From Octopus vulgaris (lineage: Eukaryota): a stretch of 64,000 bases of DNA. The stretch spans positions 181,226,001 through 181,290,000 of the forward strand of contig OX597814.1 in NCBI GenBank assembly GCA_951406725.2, read 5' to 3'. This document shows positions 27,782 to 40,588 of this stretch, one piece after another. The stretch's first letter is position 1. The number at the start of each line of letters is the position of its first letter. Under the pieces are notes generated by a model. The model saw nothing but the letters and a program-made list of their open reading frames with translations, was not told the DNA's origin and ran no database searches. The position numbers and the translations under genes are program-made.

Positions 27782-28665
27782 TGTTTCAACCATGTGGCTG
27801 CGGTTATGCTGGAGTACCACCATGAATTTGTACTCTTTCCACAGCACTGGGTGATCGGATTTCATGTCACCATCTTTGCATGTGCTTTTCCCCTAGTTGG
27901 TTTATTTGTATATGACAGTATTTGATATTGCTGTTCTCATCTGTGCTTCATGCTAGCATGTTGGCTCATCATGGGTAGGAGAATTTCCAGTTTCCTTTTG
28001 AAAGCATCCATATCCATTTTGTGTAGGTTTCTTAATTGTTTTGATTGAGTACTGAATTGCTGTGAGCCTTTGAACCTTAAATTATTGTAGTACCAGGTCC
28101 TCATTTTAGTCAGAGTGGGTGATACCTTTGGTACTATGAAGTGTCCTCCAGTATGATCATTGTATAACTCTTGATGTTAAAGTTAGATGCTAGCCCTTCT
28201 AGGACTTTCCACACATAAATTATCACATATCTCTCACAACTTTGCTCCAAGTCATAGTTTTTCAACTTCCCCTATTTGTTCATCTGTTGCACTGTGGCAG
28301 TCTTGTTAGTGTAGTAGTGCTGGATCGACCCAAACTCTGCTGTTAGTTTCACACTATGTAGTGACCATAGCTGAGATCAATTGTTCAGATGGCTGTGGTC
28401 AAAGGTCTTTTTGGTTTCTTGTCCTGAAGGACCTTTAGTATCCATTTAGGTCCTGAAGGACCTTTAGTATCCATTCTGCTAATCTACACTTTATTGCTTC
28501 CTTAGTAATATGTATGTGAAATAATGCATCAACGCACATACTGATTCCCAACTCTCTCACTGTCTAACTCTGGGATAGCAGTGCCCTGGGTCCTGTATAT
28601 TCAGGTTATGTTGCATTTTTGTGCAGGCAGTGCAGTACTTGAAATTTTCTGGATTTAAATTGCAT
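27782..28665 (-). mobile_element. Old degenerate CR1-group LINE 3' part
   Basis: Minus-strand remnants MQFKSRKFQVLH, FRTRNQK, SQLWS, ERYVIIYVWKVLEG and GFKGSQQF...AFKRKLE. The tail is gtggtactccagcataaccgcagccacatggttgaaac. Confidence 0.8.
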
Positions 28666-28865
28666 GTGTGTTTGTGTGTGTATGTGTAAATATAGTGGTG
28701 TAAATAAACATCATTAGGTTTGACATACAAAGATGTGTGTGTATGTGTAGACCTGTATAACTACATATATTCAGAAGATAGGCATATATATATTTATACA
28801 AATATGTTTACATAGAACATAAAAAAATGTAGAATACTAAGGAAGAATACTTAGTTTTTTAAATT

Positions 28866-28968
28866 GAACTGCACTTTCTGGAAACTTGGAATTATGCAAA
28901 AATGTCTTGGAATCATCAAATAGTGACATAGATATATTGCTATAAGTCTGGGTTCCTTCATCAGGAGA
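28866..28968 (-). ncRNA. Degenerate hammerhead-like motif with long stem II insert
   Basis: CUC-CUGAUGA-AGGAA...(~70 nt)...UUCCA-GAAA-GUGCAG-UU. It has the same AGGA..UCCA stem II base as 21214-21275; stem III is one change from the ACUGCAGU palindrome. The stem I 3' strand is not found. Confidence 0.45.
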
Positions 28969-30671
28969 AAGTTGCCTTTTGCTAATTTTCTGATTAAGGA
29001 AACCAAAATGGTTTAGTTGACCCAATGAACTTAAATGAGCTTCTCAGAGAAGATAGTTGTCACAATGTTGCAACCAGGCACTAAAGCAACATTTTACTAC
29101 CTCCATATTGCTGGTATGTTTTTGGATTTTAAGTTATTCTGTAGAATCAAGTTTGTTAAAGGCTATGTAATTTATATAATACCTCTGTGTTGGAAAGCAG
29201 GGAGAATGGTTGTATGATTTCTTTAAGGTACTGAACTCAAGTTGCAGCATATTATGCTCTCTTTACATCAAAACCCCAGGGAGAGCAGGAATCTTTAAGA
29301 TGTTACTGTTTATAATATAGTTCTTATGGATATCTCCTCAGAAATTGAGATGCAAGGATTTGAGGATTTACTCTGTGACACCCCAGCAGCATACCAGCAA
29401 CCATAAATTTGTCTATAACAATCTAGAACAACTCGTGCTAATATTTTATAGAGATTTGTCATATATAACCGTTGTTGCTTTTTTTCTCATGCTTATTTTC
29501 TCTTTTTGTAATGGGTTTCTAATAGATCAGGTTCTATAAAACTATGATGTGTATTTCCATAAATTGTAGATATCCATAGAAGGAAGAATTGAAGAGTATG
29601 GCAATGATAAAAGCCAACTTGAGAACATACTATTTTGAGTATAATGATAACTGACGCAATTAGGAGCAGCCTACTTGATTAGTTACAGTAAACAGAAGTT
29701 TAACACTTTGCAACATTATGCATGTGTGTGATGATTATGCAAGATGGGTGAGGACAGTAGTGTAGGTGTTTTGTAGTATGTATGCTGAATAGAATTAATA
29801 TGAGGTAAATTTGATGGCTATATCTGCAGGAGTACTTCTTACAGAGCCAATTTTAGGAAACGCTGATAGGATGATACAAGATCATCTTTTCAGGAGACTA
29901 GAAAAACCACTTGAAATTTAGAAGACTAGAGAGTTGCAGATCGTGTTACACATAAAGCCATTCCCTACTCTTCTGACAATCATCTTGCAAGAATTGCATT
30001 GGTGGTTAGTTGCCTCCAAGTTACAGATGAGTGACTTCCTCCAGTTGTTGGTTTGTGGCTATATTCATCACTAAGAATGTGCTGCTGTTTTCTGTTTCAT
30101 TTATATGTGCACCTTCTAGTACCAGATGAGAATCATACCTGTGATTCAATTCCCACATCCTTCTTCTAGTTGTAATTTATATTCCTTCTTTCCAGTAACT
30201 ATATCTATCTTGGTAAATATATTCTCACCAGGAAGAGACTTGGTGTTCACAACTATTTGTCTATTTCTTCTGATAAGAATGAAGTCAATAATTGGCAACC
30301 ATATGATGGTCTGATTTTTATGAAATTTATGTTGCAGGTGGTTAGATCACTTCAGTGACAGAATTGCAGCACTCATTTCTTTCATTGTTCACTCTTGTCA
30401 CCACTTTTACAGTATGCAGTACTGATGGAGCAAGTGTCAGCCATTTTAATGTAACTCACATTATCCTGTAGTTTTTGTATTATGCATTTTAGATTTGGTT
30501 GAGGTTTTATGTTGGCATGCCCTTCTTGTTGAAAGCTACTAACATGTATATGAGTGTATTTACCATCATATAAGTAGTAACAATGTTATTTTATGAAAGA
30601 GAAGAGCCTATCACTTCTATTTCATTTTGGAACAATTGCAGTTTAGATAGGTTGCTTTTAATGCAGTATAA

Positions 30672-30702
<31 letters not shown>

Positions 30703-33599
30703 CTCTCTCAATGGTAGGAGAGGCTGCAAGGAAAGCATGGTTGAGTAAGAAAAAAAATGAGTAGGAGCTTTTGGCAACAGAAGTTTTATTTTTCTGTGCA
30801 AAGAGGATACTGTAGGAAAACATATGAAAAGTGCTATGCTGTGTGAAAGTGAGATCATAGGCTGGAGAAAAATGAAGAAAGTGGTGTGAAGGATGTGTAG
30901 TTAACTTGCACAATAGATGGGGGGTCAAGTAAGCTGAAAGCAATTGGGTGGGCATGCTAGAGATGATATGTAATACCTTAAAAAAGCTCTGAGTGCTGTC
31001 AGCAATTATATCTATCTAACTTTAAAAAGAAAATCTGTAGTAGAACAGAAAATAACCAATAGGCATCTAAAAGGTACCAATTTTATTATATATATATATG
31101 TGTGTGTGTGTGTATATATACTAAATTTATTTTTGTTAGTTTTAGATTTTCTTGTTTTAGTCACTCAAACTCAAGTTGTTCTATGAAATGGAGTTGGCCA
31201 GTTTAACAACTAGAGCAACCTGGAAGTCTTTTGTACTGAAGTCCTCTGGGGCTATATTGCTTTACTATTTGATGGTTAACTTTGTGGGCAGTCAGGCAAA
31301 GTATATTTTATTGTCCAGTCTGTTCATGTATAATGGCTCTTTTGGTGACCGCATAAGCAACCAAGGCAGTCTGTGCATGGTCATATCAATTCCATGGGAG
31401 TCACTGGAAATTGTTGACAGGCCAGTTTAGAATTAGGATTTATTACTGTCATTGATTTTGTAGCTATAGTGATACGTATTTTGTATTTGTTCACTTACCT
31501 AAGTGACATCATGTTTTAACTTTTACAAAAGGCTTTTCAGTTTCCTTGTTAGTTATTTCAGATAAGATGAAATAAATCAGCTTTGAGAACAACGTAATTG
31601 TTAACATGAACTAGTAATTGAGTTGTTAAAGTGTTCCTCATTTTTTTGGTGCCATGACCATTACACAAAATTTTTTTTTAATCTTAATTCAGAAAATAAA
31701 ATATCATTGTTAGTTGAATGCAATTTATTAAAAAGTAAATCTTAAATTTTCTTCAAGAATAAGAATAATTTTTGTTTAGGGAGAAGAGGGTTATTTGGTT
31801 GAAAAAAAATCCTGTAATCTCAAATTTAAAGAGTCATTTGAGTAAAAGATAAATCCTACTGTTTGTGTAGCCTTTCCTTTTAATAGTTTGGGATTTATAT
31901 AAAACTCTTGTCGGTCCAACTTAAAATATCATTGAGATGAACCGTTTGTTTGATTTTCTAAATGAAGCATAGTACCTAATATAAAACAAACCAACTTTAG
32001 TCATATCTCTGAATTCATATGTGAAGGCTGTTGAAATTAATTAAAGACAAATCTTATTAGCGACTATTGTTTTCATATCATAATCACACAATATATTTTA
32101 TGTATTTCCTTGTGTATCACAGCATATAAAATGTATGAATGCCAGGAATATTTTTGAGACATTAACTTAATTATTACTACTATGATAGTGATGACTACAG
32201 CTGTTTGGGTTTAATTTATAACTTTAACATGCTTCAAATATGATTTTAGAATTAGATTCTGAAAATTTGTACTAATTCTGTATTAGTATGGTATTGTTCC
32301 TCTCTGTTATCTCTCTCTCCCACCTAGCACTGTGCTTTCCAAGTATGATTATCTTTCTCCCATCTTGCAGCCTGTGTAAGGATGGATGACTTTGCATTGG
32401 GTTTATCCATATTCAATCACCCTAATGCCATCATGCCCCACCCTTACCACTAACCATCAGTTTGTCTCCCCCATTTCACCCTCTCCTATCATACATTACT
32501 GCTATCACTCTCATATCATCCCCAACCCTCTTTTACCATCTTTATTGTTATCCACCACTCTTCTTACCATTAACTCTTTATTGTTATCCATTATGCTCCT
32601 CTTCCACTCTCTCATTTTCAATTCTCTCTGTCTCCTGTCTCCCTCATATTTCTCTCTCTCATCCGGATTATGCCACCCATGATAGTGTTCCTAATCAACA
32701 TGTAGTGTCCCTCTCTCTTCTGATTCTCTTGTTATTCACTCTCCTTTCAACTTCTTGCTCTAACTTTCATCAATCCTTTGCTCATCTTACCAATAACAAT
32801 TCTCTCTCTCTCTCTCTCTCTCTCTCACCCCCCCCCCCACACACACATCTTCCAGTGGTTACTCTCTTCCTATCCAGCTGTGTGGGAAACAAAAGAATGA
32901 ACAAAGACAACACAGGGAAGAGAAGACTCTAAGTTTATTAGGAGCAGAACAATTTTCTCTGGTACTATAGATAATGTGGAGTAATAAGGACTCTTTAAAC
33001 TTACTGCACTCAATACACTTTGTAAAGGGGTTTATAATAGGAAAGGCATCCAGCCATAGAAAGTATACCAAATGTTGACTATGTAACGTGACTTTTTAGC
33101 AAACAACACTTCATTGAATTTTTTTCTGAAATGACTTTTTATCAAACCTCAAAATAACTTTCCATACATTAGTTTTGTAAAATAATTTTAAATATAGAAC
33201 ATAGTTATTTACACATAATAAATGCTGTAGATGACAGATATTTAAAAAAATATGTTATTTTGTAAAATAATACACATACATCACACGCATCTACTTTTAT
33301 AATATAACTAGATCAATTTAACATCCTATACAAATTTTAAAGTTGGTTAAATGTTTTTTAATTATATTTTCACATGAAGATTCTATTTTTATTTTATAAT
33401 AAGATTTATTCTGCATGAAAATTGCTGTGACATGTAACACTTATTTTATATTAAAGAGTATTCTATATTTAAAATTGTCCAGTGGATAAAACTATTCGCC
33501 AAGATAATTATATACAAAACTAATGTATGTAAAGTAATTTTTTTAATTAAATTTTTGAATGAAATTCTTTTTTTTGATTTTATAGTAGAAATTATTCCG

Positions 33600-33742
33600 T
33601 ACAGTTTCTGTCTACACACAAACAAAGCATTTGTCAGTTCAGGACTGTGGTAGAAGAGAAGACTCTTATCCAAGGTACCATGCAGTGGGACTGAACTTAA
33701 TTGAGAACTAAATTTCTTAACTACATAGCAATGGTTGTGCCT
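33600..33742 (-). mobile_element. tRNA-derived SINE family 1, 5' part, degenerate
   Basis: ccaaggtaccatgcagtgggactgaac...ttcttaactacatagc is the reverse complement of the SINE head at 48361-48440. Confidence 0.6.
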
Positions 33743-33944
33743 ATATATATATATATACACATACATACACACACACAAGTAAGCACATGAATGCAAAACA
33801 TAGTGGAAAAAGTATGATCACAACTGTCCGACAAACAGTAATATGAAACTGAATAACTATTTGTGAAGATATTTTTGGCTTTAATAAAAGTGTGTGTGTA
33901 TATATATATATATACATACACATACACACATATTCTGACTTTAG

Positions 33945-34130
33945 TATTTACTATAGTCAGCGAGTTGGCAACATCATTACTGTGCCAGAAAAAAATGCTC
34001 TGCGGCATTTCTTCCAACTTTATGTTCTGGGTTCAAATCCTGCTATGTCACCCCAAATGTTCAACTGGGTTTGACATAATCAACTTACTCTCACTCTTGA
34101 AATTGCTGGCCTTGTGACAAAATTTAAAAC
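33945..34130 (+). mobile_element. tRNA-derived SINE family 2
   Basis: gcgagttggca...ttctgggttcaaatcctgc (B-box-like)...gaaattgctggccttgtgacaaaatttaaaa. Confidence 0.6.
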
Positions 34131-35029
34131 CGGTGTTTACTATAGTTATGATAGATGCTGTAGAGAAAGAAATAAACTTGTCATGAGCTGATTCTACTGG
34201 CTAATTTTCATTCCCATTTCATTCTTTCATAACTCATGAAAAATGTATTATGGACATTACAAAATATCAATGGTTTACTCTTCAGACTAAGAAAGAAGTG
34301 TAATTTTTTAAATTTCATTTTTTTTTTTTTATCTCAATAAGTGCAAAGAAAAATAGTTGAAATGTAAGTTGAAAAATAAAGTTCTGAGATCAAATGTTTG
34401 CTAGCTACCTTCCTGTAATCACTATAAAATTATTACCCATACTTTGATTTCTGAATGTGTGTCAGGATGGGTATGGCAAATTGTTTTTAGTGATCACTGG
34501 CTGATATTTTGTTTCTAAAGATTTTATTATAAATTTTACATCTGCTACAGTTTATCTCATATATGTGTACATTTGTGTGTGTGTGTGCTTTTGCACTGGT
34601 TTTGTACCAATGTCATCTTCACCTGCTCTATTAATTTTAATCCCTTAGATTTCTCAATTATAATAGACAAACTGATTACAACGAATCTGAAAATTCTGTT
34701 AGCAGAGTAGCAATTTATTTCTCTCCTGAGGGCTTTGGAATCTTTACAATGTCATTTCAGGGCACAGCTGTCTTATAATCTTTTAGTTTATAACACATTA
34801 ATTGGCTTAATTGTAGATATTATCTTTATTTTTAACTCTCTACAAGGGGGAAAAAAATTAAGACTTTTTCTCCAAGTTTAGGGGTAATACTTAACCCTGT
34901 CAATATTTATTGAGCCATGAATCAGTCTTCTGTTCAAAGTGGAGTTTATACCTAATGATGGCTAGTATTTTGAAAACATTAAAGCATATTTCATAGATCT
35001 AAAAGTGATGTAGTATAGAATTAGCAGGC

Positions 35030-35237
35030 TGCATGGCATCTTCATTTGTGCTGGTAGCACAAAAATAACACACATTACACGCTGTAAAGTGGTTGGTATT
35101 AGAAAGAGCATCCAGCCATAGAAATCATGCCGAAGTAGACAGTAGAGTATGATGCAGAGTTTAGACCCATCTGATCCTGCCAAATGATCCAGTCCATACC
35201 TGTATGGAACATGGACTTAAATGATGGCGGTGATGAT
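35030..35237 (+). mobile_element. Degenerate RTE 3' UTR fragment
   Basis: gtgctggtagcacaaaaataacac...gtggttggtattagaaagagcatccagccatagaaa...atggacttaaatgatggcggtgatg. Confidence 0.7.
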
Positions 35238-37305
35238 TTTTTTGCTTCACTTTAATGCTTTAATGAGATGATCTGGTCTGGTTAAGCATAGATAGCTCAT
35301 CATGGAAGCAACTTTTACTAGCCTCACATCAATTTTCAATAAGCGGGGAAAAAAATCTGGAATCTGGTAACTGTTTTACCTTTACTTAGAATTACCTCAT
35401 GCAAAGCCTATCAACCATTTCTAGGATGTTCTGCATCAGCAACATCTAGACTATTGGATCATGTAATGAGGAGTTTCAGTATGAATGCCAGAGGAAAAAT
35501 GAATCTGTTTCAGACTCTTACTTTTGTCTTAGAGAGGTCGGAGAAATGGTGGTACTGTCATTTTTGTTTAGGTCAGTGAATTTACTTGCCTACATACACC
35601 CAAAGTGATAGCACCACTTTCTCTTTAGTCTCAACCACTTCTATTTACAAAGATACATCAATATATGAGTCGTTTTTGTTTTCTTTTCACCTATACATTG
35701 GCTTAGTTATGAATTCTACTTTAAAATAAAAATGCCTCACTTCATTACAGCTCACCTCTGCCCATGTTAGTCATCTTTGACAGTAGAACTTCCTTTTTTT
35801 GTGCAACTTTTGTCTGTTGTCTCCAAATTTCACTGTGTACTGACTGTTACTGCAGTACCATTACCATTCATTTTTTGTTTTTACATCCATTTTCCAATCT
35901 ACCTTTTCCAAAGGATCTCTGTCTCCAATACTTCCTTTTATGTATCTAGCTCTTAACCTCTTTCACTGTCATGACAAATCATTTTGCAAAGAATACATTC
36001 TTCTTTTCTAAATTTATTTTTGTTATACAGAAAGTTTGCTAGTTGGTCTCTTTAGGATTCATATGACCTACCTACTGCCAAATAATCAGCATCATGAAAG
36101 TCTAGTACCCTCACTCCTTTGTTTCCTGTTCCATGTCCATAAACTCTTCACATGATATTCTTAATCATTTGACTTCCCATAAATTTTCCATAGTATATAT
36201 AATAATGTCATTGTCATCCAGCTATAGAATGATTTTGAGAATGAGTCACAAAATAAGTCTTTTGTTTCATTTGCTACTCCTCTCCATCCAGCTTTCATAT
36301 GACTGTCAATAAGTAGCCAAACAGTCAAATTCTGTCATTAAAGTGTTCCCATTTGGTTTTGTATACATCTCTATCTAAGAGTAAACAAGAAACTTTATGT
36401 CAAAAAAAGAGTTTACAAATTAAGTATTTTTAAGTTAAAACCCATACCAGTACTTCAGTAATTTTAACATGTAACTGATGGATTATGAAAAGACCTTACA
36501 AGAGATTAAACTGGTGAATTATATGCACAGACAGCAATGAAACAGGCGGCTAAGACATTTTTTTCTGCATAGTTACATGAAGCATTGAGGAAGGAAACAA
36601 TTTTGTCTGACACAGATTATCTTGAAAAACGTTGAAAAAATGTTAAAATATGGAATACTTCAAAATAGGAGTGATTATCTTCTGAAGTGTTGTGTGTAAG
36701 GAGAGGGGGGTGTTTCAGTGTTTTTATTTTTTTTTAAAATCACTTTTTGCTGTTTGTTAATAAAGTTATATGATCGTTTATTTCATTAGTTTTGGTAAAG
36801 GTCTTAGTGTTTGCTATAAACATTTTTATGCTTCATAAACTATTTAAGAAATGAGTCAAGTATTCCAAAACATTTCATTTCAATTCAAATTATTGTCATC
36901 TAATGAGTAAGGATCTTCATACATTTAATTTAAAATATATCTTCTGAATTCCCATTAGAGCGATTATCTTTTAAAATGTTTCCACATTTTAATTTCTTTT
37001 TTAAACTTTTGCTATCCCTCAATATCTGTAAACAACTTTTAATTTCATTCAAAATATCTAGGACTGATTTTTTTTTCCATCTCTCATCTACCATTTTGAG
37101 AGCAATTTTGAAACTTTCTTTGGTAGGTTTTGAAATGGTGTGGCATGCTTATTATGTTGCCATTTCAGTGAGCACAATAAATATATTGACGTTCAGGATT
37201 CACTTTATATAAGTTTTTTTGTTTGTTTCCATTTCGTGCTTACATACATATCCTAGCAGAGATAACTGGCATTGCTCAGGATTAACATGGCATACATTTT
37301 ATTCT

Positions 37306-37580
37306 TCTACATGTTTCAGACATGTGACTGGCCATGCTGGTCCACAACCTTTAGTCAAACAAATTGACCCTAGGATTTCTGCTTTCTAAGCCTAGTACTT
37401 ATTTTATTGGTGACTTTTGCCAAACCGCTGACTTATGGGGATGTCAACATACCAACATCAGGTGTTGAGCAATGGTGAGGGTACATACACACACACAACT
37501 ATACACATATATATGATGGTCTTCTTTCAGTTTCTATCAAATCCATTCACAAGGATTTGATCAGCTTTAGGCTATAGTAA
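37306..37580 (-). mobile_element. tRNA-derived SINE family 1, 3' two-thirds
   Basis: Reverse complement of the SINE body and tail (ccagcatggccagtcacatgtctgaaac). Confidence 0.75.
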
Positions 37581-37592
37581 ATATATATATAT

Positions 37593-38513
37593 CATCATCG
37601 TTTAACGTCCGCTTTCCATGCTAGCATGGGTTGGACGATTTGACTGAGGACTGGTGAACCAGATGGCTGCAGCAGGCTTCAATCTTGATCTGGCAGAGTT
37701 TCTACAGCTGGATGCCAACCACTCCAAGAGTGTAGTGGGTGCATTTTTCATGCCACCAGCACAAGGCCTGTCAGGCGGTACTGACAATGACCTCACTCGA
37801 ATCTTTTACACATGCCACCGGCACAGGTGCCAGTAAGACGATGCTGGTAACGATCATGCTTGAATGGTGCCTTTTACGTGCCTCTGGCACAGAGGCCAGA
37901 TAGCTGCTCTGGTAACGATCACACTCGAATGGTGCCTTTTATGTGCCACTGGCACAGAAGCCAGTTAGCACTCGTATGGTGCTCTTTACACCCTGCTAGC
38001 ACAGATGCGAGTCATCGAATTTGATTTTGATTTCACTTGCCTCAACAGGTCTTCGCAAGCAGAGTTTTAGTGTCCAAAGAAGGAAAAGGTATGCATAAGT
38101 GGGCTGGTTATGCCCCTGACATAGGCCATGAGGTTATGGTCTCATTTGGCTTGCTGGGTCTTCTCAAGCACAGCATATTTCCTTGCAGCCTCGTTTGGTG
38201 CAAGTGAACCATCAATCATGCAGACACGTTTCTCTTGTACAACATCACGATTCTCTCTCACACACTTTCTTGCAACATGAAATACCTCAAGTCTTTGGTC
38301 CGCACGGCACAGAACATTAGCAAATTTTTTCTTATCTGCTTTCCCTCTGGCTAAATAAATCTGTCTCCTAGCTTCTCTTCTGGCAGTCTGATACGATTCC
38401 CTGCTACCACCATTCTTCCAGTCTTTCCAAGCCTATCTCTTTTCTCTAATAGCCCTGTCTACAACATTGTTCCACCACCATGTTATTTTGGGTCGAGAGG
38501 GGACTTTGCACCA
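37593..38513 (-). mobile_element. RTE LINE (subfamily A): full 3' UTR fused near 38183 to an upstream ORF segment (large internal deletion)
   Basis: 37593-38182 matches 21870-22435. 38183-38513 matches 24115-24451 (WCKVPSRPKITWWWN). Confidence 0.9.
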
Positions 38514-38517
38514 TATA

Positions 38518-38591
<74 letters not shown>

Positions 38592-38909
38592 GATAGATAG
38601 ATAGATAGACACATACACATAAAACTACAGGTTTGGTAAAGAAAAGGTGATCATGTACCTACCTTGATGCTGTTGTGATTACAAACAGACAGAGAATTTT
38701 ATATATATAGATTAAGCATGTGTATTAAATGTTAATTTAAGGGTTAATATGTAACTGTAAATATCTTGCAATGTTGTAACTGCCATTATTAACTGGTAAT
38801 TGAACAGTAAATGTGTAAAATAAAATGATCTTAGTCTTACCACATTAGAATTAAAAGTGAAAGAATAAAAGTGAAACAATATTATATCACATTACAATAT
38901 AGATGTTAT

Positions 38910-39121
38910 TGTTTCACTTTTGGCACATAATACATAACCAGTCTAAGAGATTGCTCCAGACCTGCATTAGGCCAGAAGTTGAAAATCTTTTTGGCCCATG
39001 ACACTCCATGGACCCTAAGTAATGCATGTGTAAAATTTGAATGAAATCAGTCAGGTAGTTCTTGAATTTTAGTGATTCACACATACAGACCGACACACAT
39101 TCTCAGTTTTATATATATAGA
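38910..39121 (-). mobile_element. Non-autonomous Helitron-like element, 5' part
   Basis: The minus strand begins A|TCTATATATATAAAACTGAGAATGTGTGTCGGTCTGTATG...actacctgactgatttcattcaaattttacac. A 5' TC terminus followed by (GTCT)-like repeats is typical of non-autonomous Helitrons. A similar short end occurs at ~38683-38711. Confidence 0.5.
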
Positions 39122-39339
39122 TATATACATGCATGCACACACATACCCATTTTTATATTCAGATGACAATTATTTCTGCTTCATCTACTCCATATTAGAA
39201 AATGCTATAAAATAAAGAAAACTGGTATGTTAATTTCATTCCTTTCAAGAAGTACATTATTCATGAAATTACTTTGTGATATTAGCTTAAATTTCTTTTT
39301 ACTGTTGTTGTTGCTAATGTCTTGTTTAGTAGATCAAAA

Positions 39340-39537
39340 TTATCACTGGGTCTTCAATAGACGTATCTTGATATCATTCCAAACTTATTTACAAACCCGG
39401 CAATAAAAAATGCCACTGACTATCTTCAGTAAAGAAATAAAGTGACATGGAAATGCCTCTGTGCAAGATTGCTGTATAAGTTGTGTATAACTGGAACACG
39501 TAGATCTTATCTCCTTCGAGGCCAATATGAGGCTAGT
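39340..39537 (+). repeat. ~190-bp repeat, copy 1 (second copy 40589-40770)
   Basis: Colinear similarity throughout, e.g. gatatcattccaaa, cagtaaagaa.taaagtg.catggaaatgcctc and gtagatcttatctcct..gaggccaatatgagg.tagt. Confidence 0.85.
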
Positions 39538-39959
39538 GGAATTTAGTATGTAAAGCATTTAAGGAACTGAAGTCAGGGGTAGTTGCAGGATCTCCGTGTG
39601 AGATGCTGAGAGGCTGAATTGAGTAGGAGTGAGGTAAAAGTCAGGTAATGATGTTGCTAAATGTTGATGACTAATGTAGCTGTATTACTCATTTCTACAG
39701 AAACAAAACTAATGCACTTAAGAGGGAGAAAGGGAACGCTAATGTAACAAGTAATAAAACTGGCAGAAAGAACCTTATCACCATGGTTTTAAACAGAGCA
39801 CAATTTAGGTTTTAGTCAAAGTTTGGAAACTTATATTTTTAGAGAGATGATTCTAAAAGTAATACATTTTTAGAGAGATGATTCTAAAAGTAATACATTT
39901 TAGGGTTTTGCAGTCTAGTAAGATAATGAAACCAAAAATGTATGATTTAAAAGTAACCT

Positions 39960-40420
39960 TCAATCATTGGACATGCTGTGCTTGAGAAGACCTGGTGAAT
40001 CAAGTGAAATCATTGCCACCTAACTGGCACCCGTGCTGATGGCATGTAAAATGCACCATTTGAGCGTGGTCGATGCCAGTGTCGCTTGATTGGCTCCTGT
40101 GCCAGTGGCATGTTAAAAGCACCATTTGATTGTGATCGTTGCCAGTGTCACCTGACTGGCTCCTGTGTTAATAGCACATAAAAAGCACCATTCGAGCGTG
40201 GTCATTGCCAGTGTCACCGAACTGGCCCCTGTGCTAGTAGAACATAAAAAGCACCCACTACGCTCTTGAAGTGGTTGGCATTAGGAAGGGCATCCAGTTG
40301 TAGAAACCTTGCCAGAACAGTTTGGAGCCTGGTGCAGCCTCCTGGCTTCAAACTGTCCAACCCATGCCAGCAATGAAAGCAGATGTTAAAAGATGATGAT
40401 GATGTTGATGGTGGTGATTT
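39960..40420 (+). mobile_element. RTE LINE 3' UTR with four 66-bp subrepeats
   Basis: gcacc recurs at 40053, 40119, 40185 and 40251. It ends with ccaacccatgccagcaatgaaagcagatgttaaaagatgatgatg. Confidence 0.88.
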
Positions 40421-40588
40421 ATGACAGCTGCTCAGGTAATGTAAAAAAGGATAAATATATTACATGTACAAATGTAGAAGTTTAAGCATTAGATAGATAT
40501 CAGCAAAGATGCTGTTCTCATCCATCTGTTTTAATTGTTGAAACCATTATTTGAAGGAGACAGCATACATCTTATTAAAAACAATTGT

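Noticed and set aside
31170-31430. Possible ancient RTE C-terminal remnant on the minus strand
   Set aside because: Only scattered residues resemble the motif; insufficient without a profile search.
37735-38010. Regularly spaced palindromic repeats resembling a CRISPR array
   Set aside because: The intervening sequences are homologous to each other rather than unique spacers. The array is part of the RTE 3' UTR in a eukaryotic context with no cas genes.
39480-39537. Faint resemblance of the minus strand to the U2 snRNA 5' end (..TAAGATC.A.GTGT)
   Set aside because: No GTAGTA branch-pairing sequence and no Sm site conserved in both copies.
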